The notes under the pieces: model-generated
Database searches by the model: none
Told to the model about the DNA's origin: nothing
What the model saw: only the letters and a program-made list of their open reading frames with translations
Assembly: GCF_001194135.2 (NCBI RefSeq)
Contig: NC_068990.1
Location: 204,159 to 268,158, forward strand
Source of the DNA: Octopus bimaculoides
Taxonomy: Eukaryota
Direction: 5' to 3'
DNA length: 64,000 nt
Translations under genes and position numbers: made by a program
Shown here: piece by piece, positions 13,174 to 28,700 of the stretch
Layout: each line of letters begins with the position of its first letter
Numbering within the stretch: the first letter of the stretch is position 1

Positions 13174-16100
13174 GTAAGAAGCATGAATGCCTCAGTCAGA
13201 TTGTTGGCTGATCCAATAGAGACATTGGTTTTTGTTGGCAATTGAGACAATTTTTTTTTAATAATTTTTTTTTTTACTTTCTAAGGTCCATCAAGGGATT
13301 GATAGTAGTTAGCTTCTATTTAAGCTAATAAGAGTAAGCATACACTGAAGGTTGGAACTGATTTGTATGAGTAGCTGAATGTAAAATTATAGATGGCTGA
13401 GGTTTAGGAAAATGTAAGTTAATTCTAAATAGGTTTTATAGAGTCTGATGGAGGCATAGAAAACTACTGAATGTATGAAAAAAAATTTGAAATTATTGAT
13501 TATTTTGGACAAGGGACAAAATGGTTTCAATCTTGGGGTATAACTTTGTTGAGATTGTAATTCCTTACACACAACTTTATCAGTCCCTAGAATTTCTTTG
13601 TGTAAAAGTAATTATTAATCTGAAACATATAGATACATAATTTTGACCAATATGTTTTCTATTTAATCCAAAGTATGAGTGCTTAATCAATAATTTAAGG
13701 AATCTACACATGTCTAAAAAAATGGGCAGCTATGAGTTGTAGTTGGCTGTTTCTTTCCATGTAATGACTTAATCCCGATTACTAACTGCAGATAGCATCT
13801 TTCTTAGAATCCCTCCAATATGGTGATAAATATTAAGCCTGACTTTTGTTTTGATTGCCAAAACCAGAATTGAGAGCAGTGGATTGGTAGAGTTGTTTAA
13901 GCATTGGAAAAGTTCCTTGCAGTATGCACTAAATGTTATTCTACCTTATATATTTATATTAAGGTAAAACACAAGAGTTTGGATGATGTATTTAAGTTAT
14001 TCCAAAGGTTAAGAATGCTTGTGGTAAAGTGGATATTAACTTAGACTTATAATATGGTGGGTATAGATCTTAAAAAGTTAGGAGTGGTAGTGATAAATGT
14101 ACATAGTGTAGGTATAGAAAGGTGAAACAAGTCTTAGTGTGAGTCAATTTGATCATCTTTATTGTCATCATTGTTTTTACATCCTTTTTCCTATGTTGGC
14201 ATGAGTTAGATGAAACTTGTTGAAGGAAATTTTTCTATGATCGATCAGCTGCTCTTCTTCCCACCAACCATTACCAGTTTTTTTTTTATGGAAATGATGG
14301 AAATTTCCCTTATCATAGAATGTAAATGTTTCACTCGGGTGGTGTTTATGAGAAGATGATGTGTGTGCATGCACAAGCACACTGACAGAGGATGAACCTC
14401 TTCTTAATTTATGCTGCCCAGTTCCATTCACATGATATTGGTCATCCTGATACTTTAGCTGTTTGCCCAAGGTGTCATTGTGGGACTGGACCTGGAACCA
14501 TGTGATTGTTAAGCAAACTTCATTCCCACATAGCCATGCCTGTGAATTAAAAGAAATGGACCTCACTAATGAGAGAGAGAGAGAGAGAGTAAGATATTAT
14601 TCTGATCCACCTAACCATGTCAGCTTGAGAAAATTAATGTTAAACTATGACAATGGTAATAGAGTGTCTGATATTAATTATTCTGGATGAATACTTTGGT
14701 AAAAACACAAAGGCTGAATATTAAGTAAAGCTTCTAGTAAAATGAGATCTGCTGGTTAATAAAGAATGATGTTGTTATGTTAGAAATTTTGATTGATGGT
14801 AGTATGTCATCATTATCTAGGCTGATTCTAATCAGTCAGACATACAATCAAAGGCATGATTTTCACTTCTTCATAGATTGTGTACCTGGGCCTACACAAC
14901 CCACTATTTCCTTCCTTTCTTTTAAAATGGTAGGGTGTAATTTGAGGGTGATCTCACTATTTCTTGCAAGTTGAGCAACTGTGTTAAGATTCTCTTGTTG
15001 GCTTGTGGTAACATTAGGTAGAGATTGGAGGTAATTTGAGTGAAGGGTTTGCTAATCAGCTGAGGCAAGTGCTATATCTTTGCTCAGTGAGGGATTCCAA
15101 TCTGAAGACAGTTTGTGGCAGAGAAAACTTTTCTTATTTACTTCTGCCAAGGGTTGTACTTCCTTAAATTGTTAACTCTATTTGTCTACTTTTGGTCAAA
15201 ATTGTAGGACATAAGGTAAAATAATAATCAAATTTTGAGTTGAGTTACTTTTTGTACAAAATGGGAAAATAATTTGAGAGGTTAACCAAAATGTTTTAGG
15301 GTATTAACCAAATGGTCACAGGTTTATGAAAATGGCTTGGACTCCAAAATCACAATAAGACTCCAAAACCATGCAACGAGGGCAAATGTCTTCTACTATA
15401 GCCCAAATAAACTTGCTTGAGTGGATTTGGTAGAGAGAAACTGCAAGAAGCCTGCCATGTGTGAGTGAGCGTCCTGTGTTTGTGTCTCCTTGTCTTGACC
15501 TGGTGTAATAGTTGCTGCAGAATGATTGTCACTGCCATACAAGCGGTGTCATTCATTTCCACTGTTCTTTGAATGCATTTCTGGCCTTGTTGAAATATCA
15601 GCTTGCTTGGAAAGAGGTGAGGATTGGTGACAGGAAGGGCATCTAGCCATAGAAAACACACCAATTAAGAAAGAAAAAAATCTATTCCCATATTGAATTA
15701 GTGAGCAATTTAATTTATTGGTTACTAGTTTCTAAGAGACCAATCATTGGTTCATTGCATTTCTGATGATGAGAGTAATAAGGGAGTGTCTGTAACCAGC
15801 TGCAGAACAAATATTGCAATGGACTTGATTCTAAAAGCACTGAGTTTCTTGCATTGTTGTCATCTTGCAGTATACAATTGTTGAAAGACATTCACATGTG
15901 CATAACGGGCTTTTGCTTTGTTTGTGCCAGCCAAAATTCTACTTACATGTGTATGGAAGAAAACATTTGGCCAACATACTGTGCAGTGTAATTGAACCTG
16001 GTCCGATGTATATTATAGTTTTATTTTTGTTACTTTCTTACCATGTCAGTTATTCTTGTTTCAGTCATTAGACTGCGGCCATGCTGGGGCACCACCTTCA

Positions 16101-19100
16101 AAAGTTTTAGTTGAATGAACCAACCGCAGTACTTTTTTTTTAAAACCTAGTACTTATTTTATCAGTCACTTTTGCCAAACCCCTAAGTTATGGACATGCA
16201 CACACACATATACATACATACACACACACACACATACACACATACATACATGTGTATGTGTGTGTGTATATATATATATGTGTGTGTGTATATATACACA
16301 CATGCACACACAAGGCTTCTTTCAGTTTCCATGTCCCAGACCCACTCACAAGGCTTTGGTTGGCTCAAGGTCTATAGTAGAAGACATTTGCATAAGGTGA
16401 CATGTTGTGGGACTGAACCCAGAGCCATGTGGTTGGGAAGTAAGCTCCTTACCACACAACCACTCCCATGCCTGTGTAGGAGTATGTTTATTGTACAAAA
16501 TGTCAAACTAAAGAGATTCTAAAACAAAAAAATTAAAAAAAGACACTATCTTTTTTTCTCTTTCATACATAAACCATTTTCTCTGAAGAAATTAAGTTCA
16601 GGGAAGAGTGTTTGATTCTGTCATTCCACTGTATTAGCAGCAATTCCTGCGAAAACGTGGAGGGATGAAAAGAAAAAATGTGGATGGATGAAAACCCAGT
16701 CCAACATTATTGAAACACTGTAACAAACCAAATGCATTGTATCTTAACCCTTCTTTGACTACATTTCAATGAAATACATTTCATATCTTTTTTTGGTTAA
16801 GTTTGGAAAGCATTTCAAGACTTTGAAGAAATTTAGTAAAAATAAGAAACCTCTCTCATTATTAAATAGGTGTTTCAAGGGTAGTGGAACTGTAGAATTG
16901 TTAGAGCCCAAGACAAAATACTTTGCAGTATTTCTTTTGGATTTTTGTGTTCAAATCACGCTGAGGTCATCTTTATCTTTCATTCCTCCAGGGCGGATAA
17001 AATATAGTAGTAGTCTAGTACTGGGGTCGATGTAATTGCCTACCCCTTCTCCACTAAAAAGATTGCTAGGCCTTGTATCTAAATTGGAAACCTAATGTCA
17101 ATGTGGTGTTTGAAGCATAACTTCACAAATGCTTGTTGCTAAGTTAATGATTTAAATACAGAACATTTAAAACTAGGCAACTTTGTCTCATATTGGCTTC
17201 AGGCAGGTCAGGACTAGAAAGGTTGTAAAGAAATAAAACTAGTATATCTTGAAGGAAGGAAAGTATTAGTATTTGTGTTGTAGAATTTACCATGGTGAGG
17301 GCTAAGGTAGCAGATTTTATTGTGTTGTAAATCTAAATCGGTAAGTATTGTATAATTGTCATGTAATATTTTGGCTGATCAGCAGGGAAAGAAAACGGGC
17401 ATAAATATTTCTTTCACTAGAAGAGAAAAAAATAGTTTATGACCAGTACTTTAGAACACTGGTTCTTAAACTGACAAGTACCAGGTCCGTCCTAATGTAG
17501 TAGGGAAGTATTTTGGCACCCCTTTCCCTTTTTGCTAATTATATGACAAAATATATTTTTGCATCTGTATAATTTTCCTTTAAGCACCTTGTCACCACCA
17601 CCACCACCACCATCATTTAATGTGTTTTCCATGCTGGCATGAAGTGGATAGTTTGACAGGAGTTGGCAAAGTCCGGAACCACATCAGGTTCTATAGTTTG
17701 TTTTAGCTTGGTTTCTACAACTGGATGCCTTTCCTAATGCCAACCACTTTACAGAGTGGCACTGGGTGTTTTTTAAATGGTACCAGCATCAGCAGCTAAG
17801 GATAATTAGAAACCATCTGAATTATATTTAATGTAGCAATTTGTCCCCCAGCTTTTCAATCCCTATAGTTCTCCCTGCCTCATGAGAAGTACTGTTCTAG
17901 GGAATATAAAAGAAGAAAGCAAGTTTGTCTTTAGTTATGGCATTTTTCAGTAGAAAGATGGAATAAATTTGAAGATGTCTAGTGGATTGTTTAATATCTT
18001 TGCCAGAGCATATAACATTTTAATTGCAGACATTGGTCAGTAAGGATTTAGGTCTTAGAACAAGTGCTGAGAAAACTTCTTTCACAGTTATCATTATTAA
18101 GAGCTTCTGCTCAAGTTAATTGATGCTAAACCAATTGTTGATACATTATCCTTTGATATGTCAAGAAGTGCTGTATGTTCTACATTTGAAATTTGTCATT
18201 GTTAATAAAATATATTAATGGCTGCATGCTTAAACAAAAGAACCTGTCGGGTAAGTAGTATCAATGGTGTCCTGAAACTAAACTGTGCTGGTCCCAAGTC
18301 AGATCTCTGTAGCATGCCTCTGCAAATGGTGCAACTAATACATTATGCTTGCAGTTACTCATTGCTTCTTGATAGTTGGTTATCAGTCGAGTTGCTCGCT
18401 TCTCTTGTAGCATCAGGATGGTGGTGGGATGAGTGTGACATATAACTAGACAAACTAAAACCTAAATACAAAGCTATTGTAGTGGACGAAGAATGAAAGT
18501 AGTTGATTTTCTTTGTACTTGAAAGAGAAAAATCTAAAGATCTATTCTTGAGTACTTCTTGGGAACTTCATTTCTACTCCTTGTATTTGAACCTCATCAA
18601 AACTCCTGCTGTCTTCTTCTCTTGTGATGGTTGTAGTTATCTCCTCAGTTTGTCAGTTTATTTCATCTTCTAACAATAAATTTTTTTTTTTTTTGCTGTT
18701 GTTTGTAATCAATTTCACTAGTTAAGACTTCTATTAGTTTTGAGAAACTGACTGGGCAGCCAACAGGTGTAGACAAAAGTGGGTTGTATCCATATATGTA
18801 AAAGTATGAAACTGAGTGAAAAGCTCCATAAATAAAAGCAGTAGAGAACATTACAAATTACAAATTTGTGGAAAAAAAATGTGGGGTGCATAAGATGTAG
18901 TTCAGCAAACCACACAAAGCCAACCGTCACAAATATTAGAGCATCATAAAAAAAAAAATGTAATCTGATCCATGATTGCGTTAAAAAGTATGCTAAAGCA
19001 TGGATGGTACTGTGCCTTGCTTTTATTAGAGCTGAAGTAATTATATTCTATACCATTTCAATAAATGGTATATGAAACACTGTTAATATACCTAGCAGGT

Positions 19101-21614
19101 GTTTATGGTAACCTGTATAAAAATTATAAAAAAAGTTTTTTTGTCCGTATATGCAGAACACATCTGGAACCTTGATTTATGTGTTACCGTTTCTTTCTGT
19201 TTCCTCTCAGACATTTTGGCAATGAAATTGTCTCCGCTCTTGCAAATCTTGGCTTTTGCTCAAAACTGCATCAGCAGCAAGCATTTCTCTATCATAAAGA
19301 TATTTCTAGAAATTAGTCGTTCTAATACTGTCTCTAGATCATTCTTCACTGAGGTGTACTATGTTTTATATTTTTGAAAATAACCACTTCTATTTTACAT
19401 GGTGCAACATGTTGCCTCAGTCTAAAGTAGTTTATATAGATTGTCATTAAGGTAAAAGCTTTTGTATAATGGTTTTGTCTTGTGTGATTGATTATATTTA
19501 AGTTCTTGAAATGTAAAAATCGGTTGCTTATTTGGAAATTGGATATCATGCTTTGATTTAGGGATTTCACATAGGATGAAAGCATAAACTCCTCCCACAC
19601 CGTCTTTAACTTTAACATTTAATCCAGCCATATCTAGCTCAAGCAGTCTGACTCTTTTATGTTCAGAATGATCTGATCTGACTTCTCATTCCTGTTCTAC
19701 AATGTCATTCTAAACATAAGCAATCACATCATTGAAATTTTGAAACTATAAGATAGTGCATAAGTAATTGAAAATGATGTGAATATTTATTTACATTACA
19801 TTTGACTGCGTAATCTGAATGCTGAAGGGTTAAAGTGGTGAGCACATTCTAAATTCTAGGACTAAATACTTACAATTAAGCAGGAACGGCCATAATTAAG
19901 ATTTAATGAAGTGTTTACTGAACAACACAAACCCAGATTTAGGGACATGTAACAGTAGATACTTAGATTTAGGTACCTTCTGATGGGTGTTTTGTTGGTC
20001 TTGAGACATGTAATATTGGAGGAATTTAGTTTTTTTCATTCCTCTGATTGATCAGAACCTATAAATTAATCAAGGAGGATTAAATTAATTCAGGAGGAAA
20101 ACATCAACTACATGTCACTTAGCTCTGATTTGCTCACTGACAATCCAAGATCAGAAACAGTGACAGTTAAGACCAAAAAGCTGATAAATTACATGGTTCA
20201 TAAATTATACTACTTTATATGGTCCATCATGGAAGCATCGTTAGGATGTTGGATTCATGATCATAAGATTATGGTCTCAATTCCTGAGGTGGTAGTTTCA
20301 CACAGGTTAGCCATTTCATTGTGAGGAATTCTCTCAGGCTGATCAGTTCACAGTGAGTGACGATCCTTGACAGGTGATTTCATGGCAGGGGGTGGTTTCA
20401 CAAGGATATACATGAACTCTGGATCTGATTAATTTAATCAAATAGTCTTTCATGTAATCTATTTGTGAAACTAGATGCGCTACCAAGGACTCATTCTATG
20501 GACTCATAGCAGCCAGTTTCTTGGTTTCTGTGTTCTATAAATATTTAGACCCTGGAGGGGATGCTGGTCCATCACAAGATTATTCATTATTGCCAGCTGA
20601 GTGGACTGGAGCAATGTGAAATGAAGTGTCTTGCTCAAGAATGCAAATGCGTTGCCCAGCTGAGAAATTGAAACCATAATCATATGAGTCCAACATCCTA
20701 ACCATGCTTCCATGATGGACCACATAAAGCTGTATAATTTATCAGCTTTTGGTTTTAACTGTCACTGTTTCTGATCATTGAGTAAAATAGAGAGTTTAGT
20801 GACATGTAGTTGATGCTTTCCTCCTGAATTGATTTAATTGTCCTTGATTAATTTATAGGTTCTGATCAAACAGAGGAATGAAAAAAAACTAAATTCCTGA
20901 TTGATAAAAAATACAATAATGTAAACTCTCACTATTTAAGAAAGGTAACAGTTTATTGAAAACTATGTCCTTTTTAAATGTAGTTGCAAGAATAATAAAA
21001 TCCTGTATTCAGGAAATTGTTCCAAAATTTCTCACCATCTTTTTTTAATCCCTTACCCAAATTTATATTTTGCATTTTGTTTTACTGTTGGAGTTGAACT
21101 TGAGACAATAAAAGTTCTGTTGTTTTTCTTACAGATAAGTCTCTGAAGAAGAAGAAGAAGAAGCATAAAGAAGAGAAAGTGAAAGTAGAATGCAAAGAGA
21201 AAAAAGATGAAGAGTGTAATAGTAATAAAAAGCGGGAGGTTCCTAGCAAAGATGAGCCTCCTCCACCTGAGAGTATGGACTCGGAACAGTCTGTGATGGA
21301 TAATAAATTTATAAATAAGGTGCCTGATAAAGCACCAAAGGAAGAGAGAAAACGACCTAACACTGTAAAATCCTACCCCTCCAAATTTAGGTCAACAGGT
21401 GGGTAAATTTTTTAGTGACACTTAACTGTGTCTCCGCCAACTTTCAACTATTAAATTCCCTGATATTGAAACACCTGTTTCGAGGATATGTCCTCATAAA
21501 TGGTTTCCCATCAAAGGGTATGGAATTGAGAACTACTCACAGCGTTGGGGCCAGTGAAGGGAGCACTCTTGCCATTGTTGTTAGGCAACATTGATCAGCA
21601 TTTATGTGTGTGTG

Positions 21615-21654
<40 letters not shown>

Positions 21655-22469
21655 CGCACACATACGTATACATATGTATATAGCTTGGTCATATTAACAA
21701 CAAGGTCATTCTTTATGGAATCGGCAGTTCTCGGAGTTTTCTCAGAATACACCTGGCTTACATAGCAGAAACAAGGAATTACTTCCGTTGGTTTCTTGAA
21801 GGTGCCAAGGAATGTATTCTCAACGTTTCTCATTTTGTGCTGCCTGTTAAGGAAAAAAAAATTCTTACTGAGTCTGAGTGTGTCTTTGATGCTGGTTTAG
21901 CAGTTTCCATTCTAGGTTTAATGATTTTAAGCTGAGGTTGAACTTGTCAGTGACCATTGACAAATTTTGCCTTTATGGAGAGAATCAGATGACATGGGCT
22001 TATTACATACATACAAGCAAACACTTTGTGTTTACGTCAAAGAATCTGGTGGAACAATCTGAATTATTGTTCTGGGTTGAGAAGTATTGAGAAGCTGGCC
22101 ATCTTTGAAGAATATTTTTTTACAGTATTTTAATTTCTGATTGGACACCAGTGTTTGGTTTGATGATGCAAAAAGAAATGTTTTATCTTGTTAAAGACTT
22201 TTACATAAAAAAAAATATTGTAGCAACTTTTTTGAGAAAAGAGAAATAATAATAAAAAAAAAAAAGAAAATAGAAACTGATGCCATTAATTGAAAAATTG
22301 AGAAAAGTCAGTGTTTGATTATGTGAAATACGTTTTTGAGGTCTTTCAGATTTGTTTGAGTTGCTTGAGAAATATGGTCTTGTGTTTGTGATGTATGTGC
22401 ATGCATATATATATATATGTGTGTATATAGGTGTTTGTACATGTATGTATGTACATACGTGTGTGTATG

Positions 22470-22568
<99 letters not shown>

Positions 22569-24354
22569 ACACACATACACATAATGCACTTAACATATAT
22601 TACTGAATGTTTACACTTTGTTTTTCATTTTTGCTCCAACTCTGTTTCTGTTTAAGTTTCTAGCAATATAATGAGTAATGGACAGGTGTGAGAGTTGCAT
22701 TCATCTCTCACTTTTCCAGTTGCTTTCTTTATAGATTTTTTTTTATTTCTTAAAAACCTCTTTCTCATTTGTTAACCTTCATAAATTAAATTTTTTAATA
22801 GCAGTGAAATCAAAATATTTTTATGCTTTACATTAATTAAATTTAAAAAAAAAATGTAATTATTTCTTTTATTAGAAAAATTTTCCACTCATCATTTGCT
22901 AACCAATCAAAATCTGAGAATGATCTGCTTTAACCTTCAAGAATAATAATGTTTGGTTTTTTTGAAATCGATTATATATTGTCCGATTGTGACATTACTG
23001 GTAAAAGACTGGGAGTTGTATTGTTCTGGAGTTTAGATAATGATATGATGTCATTGGTTTTGGTGATCCTCTTCAAAAAACCTTCCTCAATAAATGGTAG
23101 GTTCTGCAAATGCTCTTTAGGTTTGGTTGGACTTAGTACGAAAATCCTATGTAATTTCTTCTGATTTTAGAGAAACCTGTTTTGTTTGATAGTTTTCATA
23201 ACATCACCTGATAAATTTCAAAGATCTCTCTACCAACTTTAGTACTCTGATTGCTAATAAATATTTGGTAATATTTGGTTTGTGATTACAACAAAAAGCA
23301 TCCAATTCTTGGTATATTTCTGATGAAGTTTCAGCATTGTGTTATTAGAAAATTGGACATCACCTTTCTTTATCATATCTTGAATATTTTTATACCATTA
23401 TCTTTTTTTAAATATTTAATTTAATTCATTAAATAGATTTTGACAAGTTGCTGTTATTGAAGTTCAGAAAATTATAAAAAAAACACAAAACATTTTTGAT
23501 AATATTAAAAATGAAAAAAAAATTTGAGTATGATTTTCTAATTTAAATTCTTCTCAAAAATATTATCTTATCATTAGTACTATAATGTTAGAATGATGAT
23601 TCTGGTAGCTTTCACCAAAGATTCTTACTTATTTTGAGGAGCAGAGAGCAAACAAAATATTTCTGCATTGATCTGCAGATGTAACCTTACTATTGTTCAC
23701 AGCTATCATTTGCCAAAATCTCTTAAACTTTAGTATGTCTCTCTCTTTGTTGTATCAAGATTGACTGTTATGTCCATGGATCTTGGAGTCAAATTTCTTT
23801 CTGAATCAAATTCTACAGATCCAATGAGAAAATTAAGTTCTTTTCTCTCTCGTTTAATCAAAGTGAGGTCCCTAATGAAAATAAAGACTTCAAGGAGAAA
23901 CTTGTATGCTTACATCTAAATAATCCAGTCAAAAGTCAGACATCATCTAAAAACGATGTATAATGACATGTTACATTTGAAACAAAAACAAATGAAAAAC
24001 ACAAAAATTAGAAGAAATAAAAACGATAGTTTTCCTTTTAAATGTCATGATTAGTAGAAAACATTTGACTTTTTACTGATGCCTCTGGACTTCATTTTAC
24101 TAAATTAGAAACAAAAGAAAAATTCTTTAAGACAGTATGTAAATTTGTTACTGAAAATAATAAAACAAAAACAGGCAGTATCTGATAGATAAAAGTTATT
24201 AATATGTTAACAATTTCTCTTTATACTTAATTACATCAGGTGTCTGGCAATTCTATTGCATATCGTAACTGTAAACCCCTGTCAAGTTCAGAGGCATTTC
24301 TAGACTTTACTTTTGCAGTATTTCAGTGAAAAATCAGCTTAAAGAAAAAAAAAA

Positions 24355-24389
<35 letters not shown>

Positions 24390-25758
24390 TTACTTAAATA
24401 TAATTAATGACCTGACAAGTTATCAATCACAAACGTATTTTCCTTTTCATTTTTATACTCTTTGTTACAAATAAACAGATCTTTATTTGAAACTTCTTTC
24501 TAAGTAAGTTGTGAGGTTAAAAAGAATTTAAATATTAGAACTAAAGAAATCTGTTTAATGAGTAATTTAAAGTGGGGGGAAAAAAGAAAGAAAAGGGATG
24601 AAAAGGTAAGAAATTGTTGAGAAATAAAAGCTTTTTTAATGATATTGGATAAAATGGAGTAAAGAAGACACCTGGGTTAACTTGAAATGATTTCAGTGGC
24701 TTTAGTTGTAACCATCTCATTGGTTTTTGGAAACAACAGCACAGTCTGACTGGCATATAAATAAACGTGATTGAAGATATTTCTCCTCAAGTTGGTGAAA
24801 CTGCTTGAAGAATTCTGGTATATGATAAGGTAAGTACTTTCCAGAGGTCAGCAGTGGTGTTCTGATGGGACATCACACCACTATTTACTTGACCTTTGCA
24901 ACTGCACAATGTCAAGAAAGGTTAGCAGATTGTAGTTTTAAAAAATATATATGTATGATGCTATAAGCTTTTTGGAAAAAGCTGGAAAACAAAAGCATTT
25001 TATTTATTGCATGGTCCAAAGTTTTGGAATTATTTGCCTGAAATGAAAGTTCATACTAGGTGACTTTGGTGTATTCCAATGCAGACATTATTATTGCAAT
25101 TATGAAAAATACCAGCTCTTCTATCATATGGCTGATTAAAATCATCAAGGAAGCTGCATTTTGGGTTGTCATTGTGACTACCTCTTCACTCTGTCAGCTC
25201 TTACCCTGTTCTGTATTGGTTCATTATACTCTTTGAGTGGTGCCAATGATGTTTCCCTTGATTCTGGAATCGTTATAGATTGCTGAAAACTTTATTTAGG
25301 GAGGACATTTTTACTGTTTATTGTTGAATAATGATGTGAAAGTCAGGAAAAAATACCAAAAAAAAAAAAAAAAACTTATTTTAAAAAATATTTCCAAGAA
25401 ACCCATGAATAGCCTCTGTATGGTGTTTGGACAATGAAATACAATAAATGAAAGTTACTTTGCTCACATTTTGACTCCTTGTTTATTGTCCGTGTGCTGT
25501 TTTGAGAAATGTCTGCAGTGGTTCATTGTATTGGAAACATTCTCATTGAAGTTTTCAGAATTTTTTTTACACATGGTATTAATAGAGAAAAACCAGTATG
25601 ATTCCTTTTCTCTAATGAAATTCGGTGTCAACAAATAGTTGCACCAAGTACCAATTGAATTTCTTTGACAATGAGTCATTACATGGCTATTATTTGCCAT
25701 AATATATATATATATATATAGGGAGAAACTTTGATGTGTATATGTGTGTGGGCATGCA

Positions 25759-25798
<40 letters not shown>

Positions 25799-28700
25799 CA
25801 TTTATGTGTAAACTAGAAATATATATTCACAAAGTATGCTTGCCAAGTAGTATCAAGTTGAATTGGTTGATGCCTAGTTATGCTCTGTTGTGAATTACAG
25901 AATTTCAAGTTGTTTTCACTGACATTGTTGAAAGGGTTTGTTAACAATAACAGACTTCATAGAAACTACAAAAAGAATTATTCAGAAATAAGGGAACTTC
26001 TTTACATGTACACATATGTAAATGTTAACCAATGTGTCTTAAAGATACCAATTTAGACTTAAAATCATGAAATCCTTTGTATCCTGAATCTTTTGGCTGT
26101 TCTGCAAAAAGACTATGGAGACTTCATGAGAATGTTCTTCAAATATTTGACCACTGAGATTTGTAAGAGATTTGTGTGACTATTATTAAATAACTGAGTA
26201 ATTTCAATGTAAATTTAGTTTGAAGTAACAATACTTCACTCTTAAAAAAATATATGGAACCTTGTGTAATTGAGACAGCTTTTTGACATAATCACATGTT
26301 TTTTGTCTTGGCGGAAACCACAAGGTACTTCTGGATTTGATATGATTCCAAGGTCATTGAGTACAGATAAATGACTCAGCATAAAAATACACCATTTCAA
26401 AAAGGGAGATAAAAAATGGCCAATGTAGTTCAATATAAGAACTCTCCTATAATACTTCTGGCCAATTGAAGAAAGCGCATTTCAAACAAGAATTAATTTT
26501 AACTCTTTGGCCACCAGATACTCATTATTAGTTTAAAAGTGCCAAAAAGCGAGATGCTGTTGCAGTTTGATTGACAGACAATGGTGACAATTTCATATTA
26601 AGCCTGGTTAGTCGCAATTTACTTTTAATGCTTTATGCCATTCTGAAGAAAGAAACCACATTTAAAGCCATATTTTCTAAACTGACATTCAATGGATGTG
26701 TATTTTCTGCATCCAGTTTAGTGTTATTGCTACACTAAAACCAGTGGGAGATGGATGAATGTCTGGATCTGGGCATGTATATGACTGAATTTTTATCATA
26801 AGCTTCTTTGTCTTGTATGAAAAGCAAACAGGATGATGATTTCAAAAGAGATTGTCTGGAGCAATTTTCAGGTCTACTTTCTGGTGGTTATTAGCAATTA
26901 TTAATGACAAACTAAGTATTAAATCTCTTTAGTTCAACAATATTACTGGAAAAGCAGCTGATAGTGACTATTGCTATATTAATAGCCTTTTGTCTAGATT
27001 GTAAAATGAAACTACACAACTATGATTGAACCAGCAACAATGAATGACAAAATGAAACTATTTCAAATGACAAAACTATTTAAGCAAGCAATAATACAAA
27101 AAAGAAAGAAATGAAATATTACTACAGCAAATCTGATATGGCTGAATTGGAATAGTAAATCATTTATAACCTAACATTCACTTTAAATGAAGTTTCAACT
27201 AAAGATCTCTAAAACTTGGAAGGAAAGAGGATTTATAATTTATAAAGATAAAACAAAAGAAAGCAGTTTTCTTTGCTGACAAGAGAAAAAGTTACAGAAG
27301 AAAATATAGAAGGCCAATATTTTCACAAGTGATAAGATTCTACCAATCAGACTACAGTATTTGTCTTCAGTCACATATTGTTCTACAGTATATCCTATTC
27401 TTCCATAATGATAGTTTTTATTGTATGGTGTTGGTCTTCTCTAGTATTCTGTAGTGTTGGTCTCCTATTCACTGGTTCTATAGTGTTGGTGTCCTATTAT
27501 TCTGTTGGTTCTTTTGTATACAATAGGTCCTTTCTTCTATAGTAGCATTTGCTCCTGTTCTATAGTGTTGGCCTCTTTTTCTGTATAGCACTATTAATTC
27601 CTGTTCTATGCTATTCTTATTCTATAGTGTTGCCTTCTATTCCTCTATAGTGTCCATCTCTTACTCTTCTGTAGTATTGGTTTCCACTTCTCCAATCTGT
27701 ATTTATGGGGTCATTTACTCCATGATAATTTTTAATTATCATTGTTATAGTCTGTCTATCTCTTCTCCCTACATATTTTGTCTACCGAAATGGGGTTTCC
27801 TTTCTTAATATAAACATGATATATCAATTATTTGATAAATTCTAACCCTCTTTTATTATTTTTTTTTTCAGTTTTCTGTTGCTAATAATAATTATACATT
27901 TATTTATCTTTTGAATTCATTTCAGGCCTTGAGGAAGCCACTATAATTCTGCCTAAGAAAAAACCCAGTACTGACCCCGTTAAGTTGGTTCCTAAAAGAC
28001 AATTGCCGTAAGTATCTGATTTCTATTAAGTTTTCTTCTCCATAATTTCACTTAGATGTTCATTTTTCTATATTTTTATGAATTCATGTTAAGTCTTTTC
28101 TCATTTTCATATTTACTAACATATAACCACAGCTGTATATACTCACATATCATCATGTCTCCATATCTGTATACATGATTGTAAAGTTGTCATTTCGATT
28201 CTCAGACTACATGGGCACATTGTGTTCTTCAGCAAAACTATTTCATGTGGCTTCAGTTCACATTTTTGTGGTTACACACATTCATTTCCTTTATAATCTT
28301 GTTTTTAATTAAATTTACCGTCATTTCAGGTCAGGGGAGCTGCGATCATTGGATCCTGTTCTGGATAAGAAACCACGGCTGACAATATCTAATCCTTTGA
28401 ACCCCATTTCAGTCACTACCAGCCCGTCAGCTGTCACTTCATCAGTTACCACGACGACAAGTTCAGGATTAGTGTTATCCCCTACTGATCTGCAGAAAAA
28501 CATTAAAACTCCACCCAAGATCAGTCGGCGTAAGTAGAAAGTAAATTTTATTATTCATTTGTATATTTTACATTTGTTTTCTGTGCTACCATGGGTTGCA
28601 CAAATGCATAATTATTGAAGCATTGTGTAAACAACAAGATGCTCTTCCTGTTGCTAACCATTACATGGTTTTTTTTTTTTTTGCAAGAAAGGAAATTTTT

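Noticed and set aside
21465-21500. Adjacent mini-hairpins giving GAAAC-AGGT-GTT on the minus strand
   Set aside because: No CUGANGA core at the right position and no stem I.
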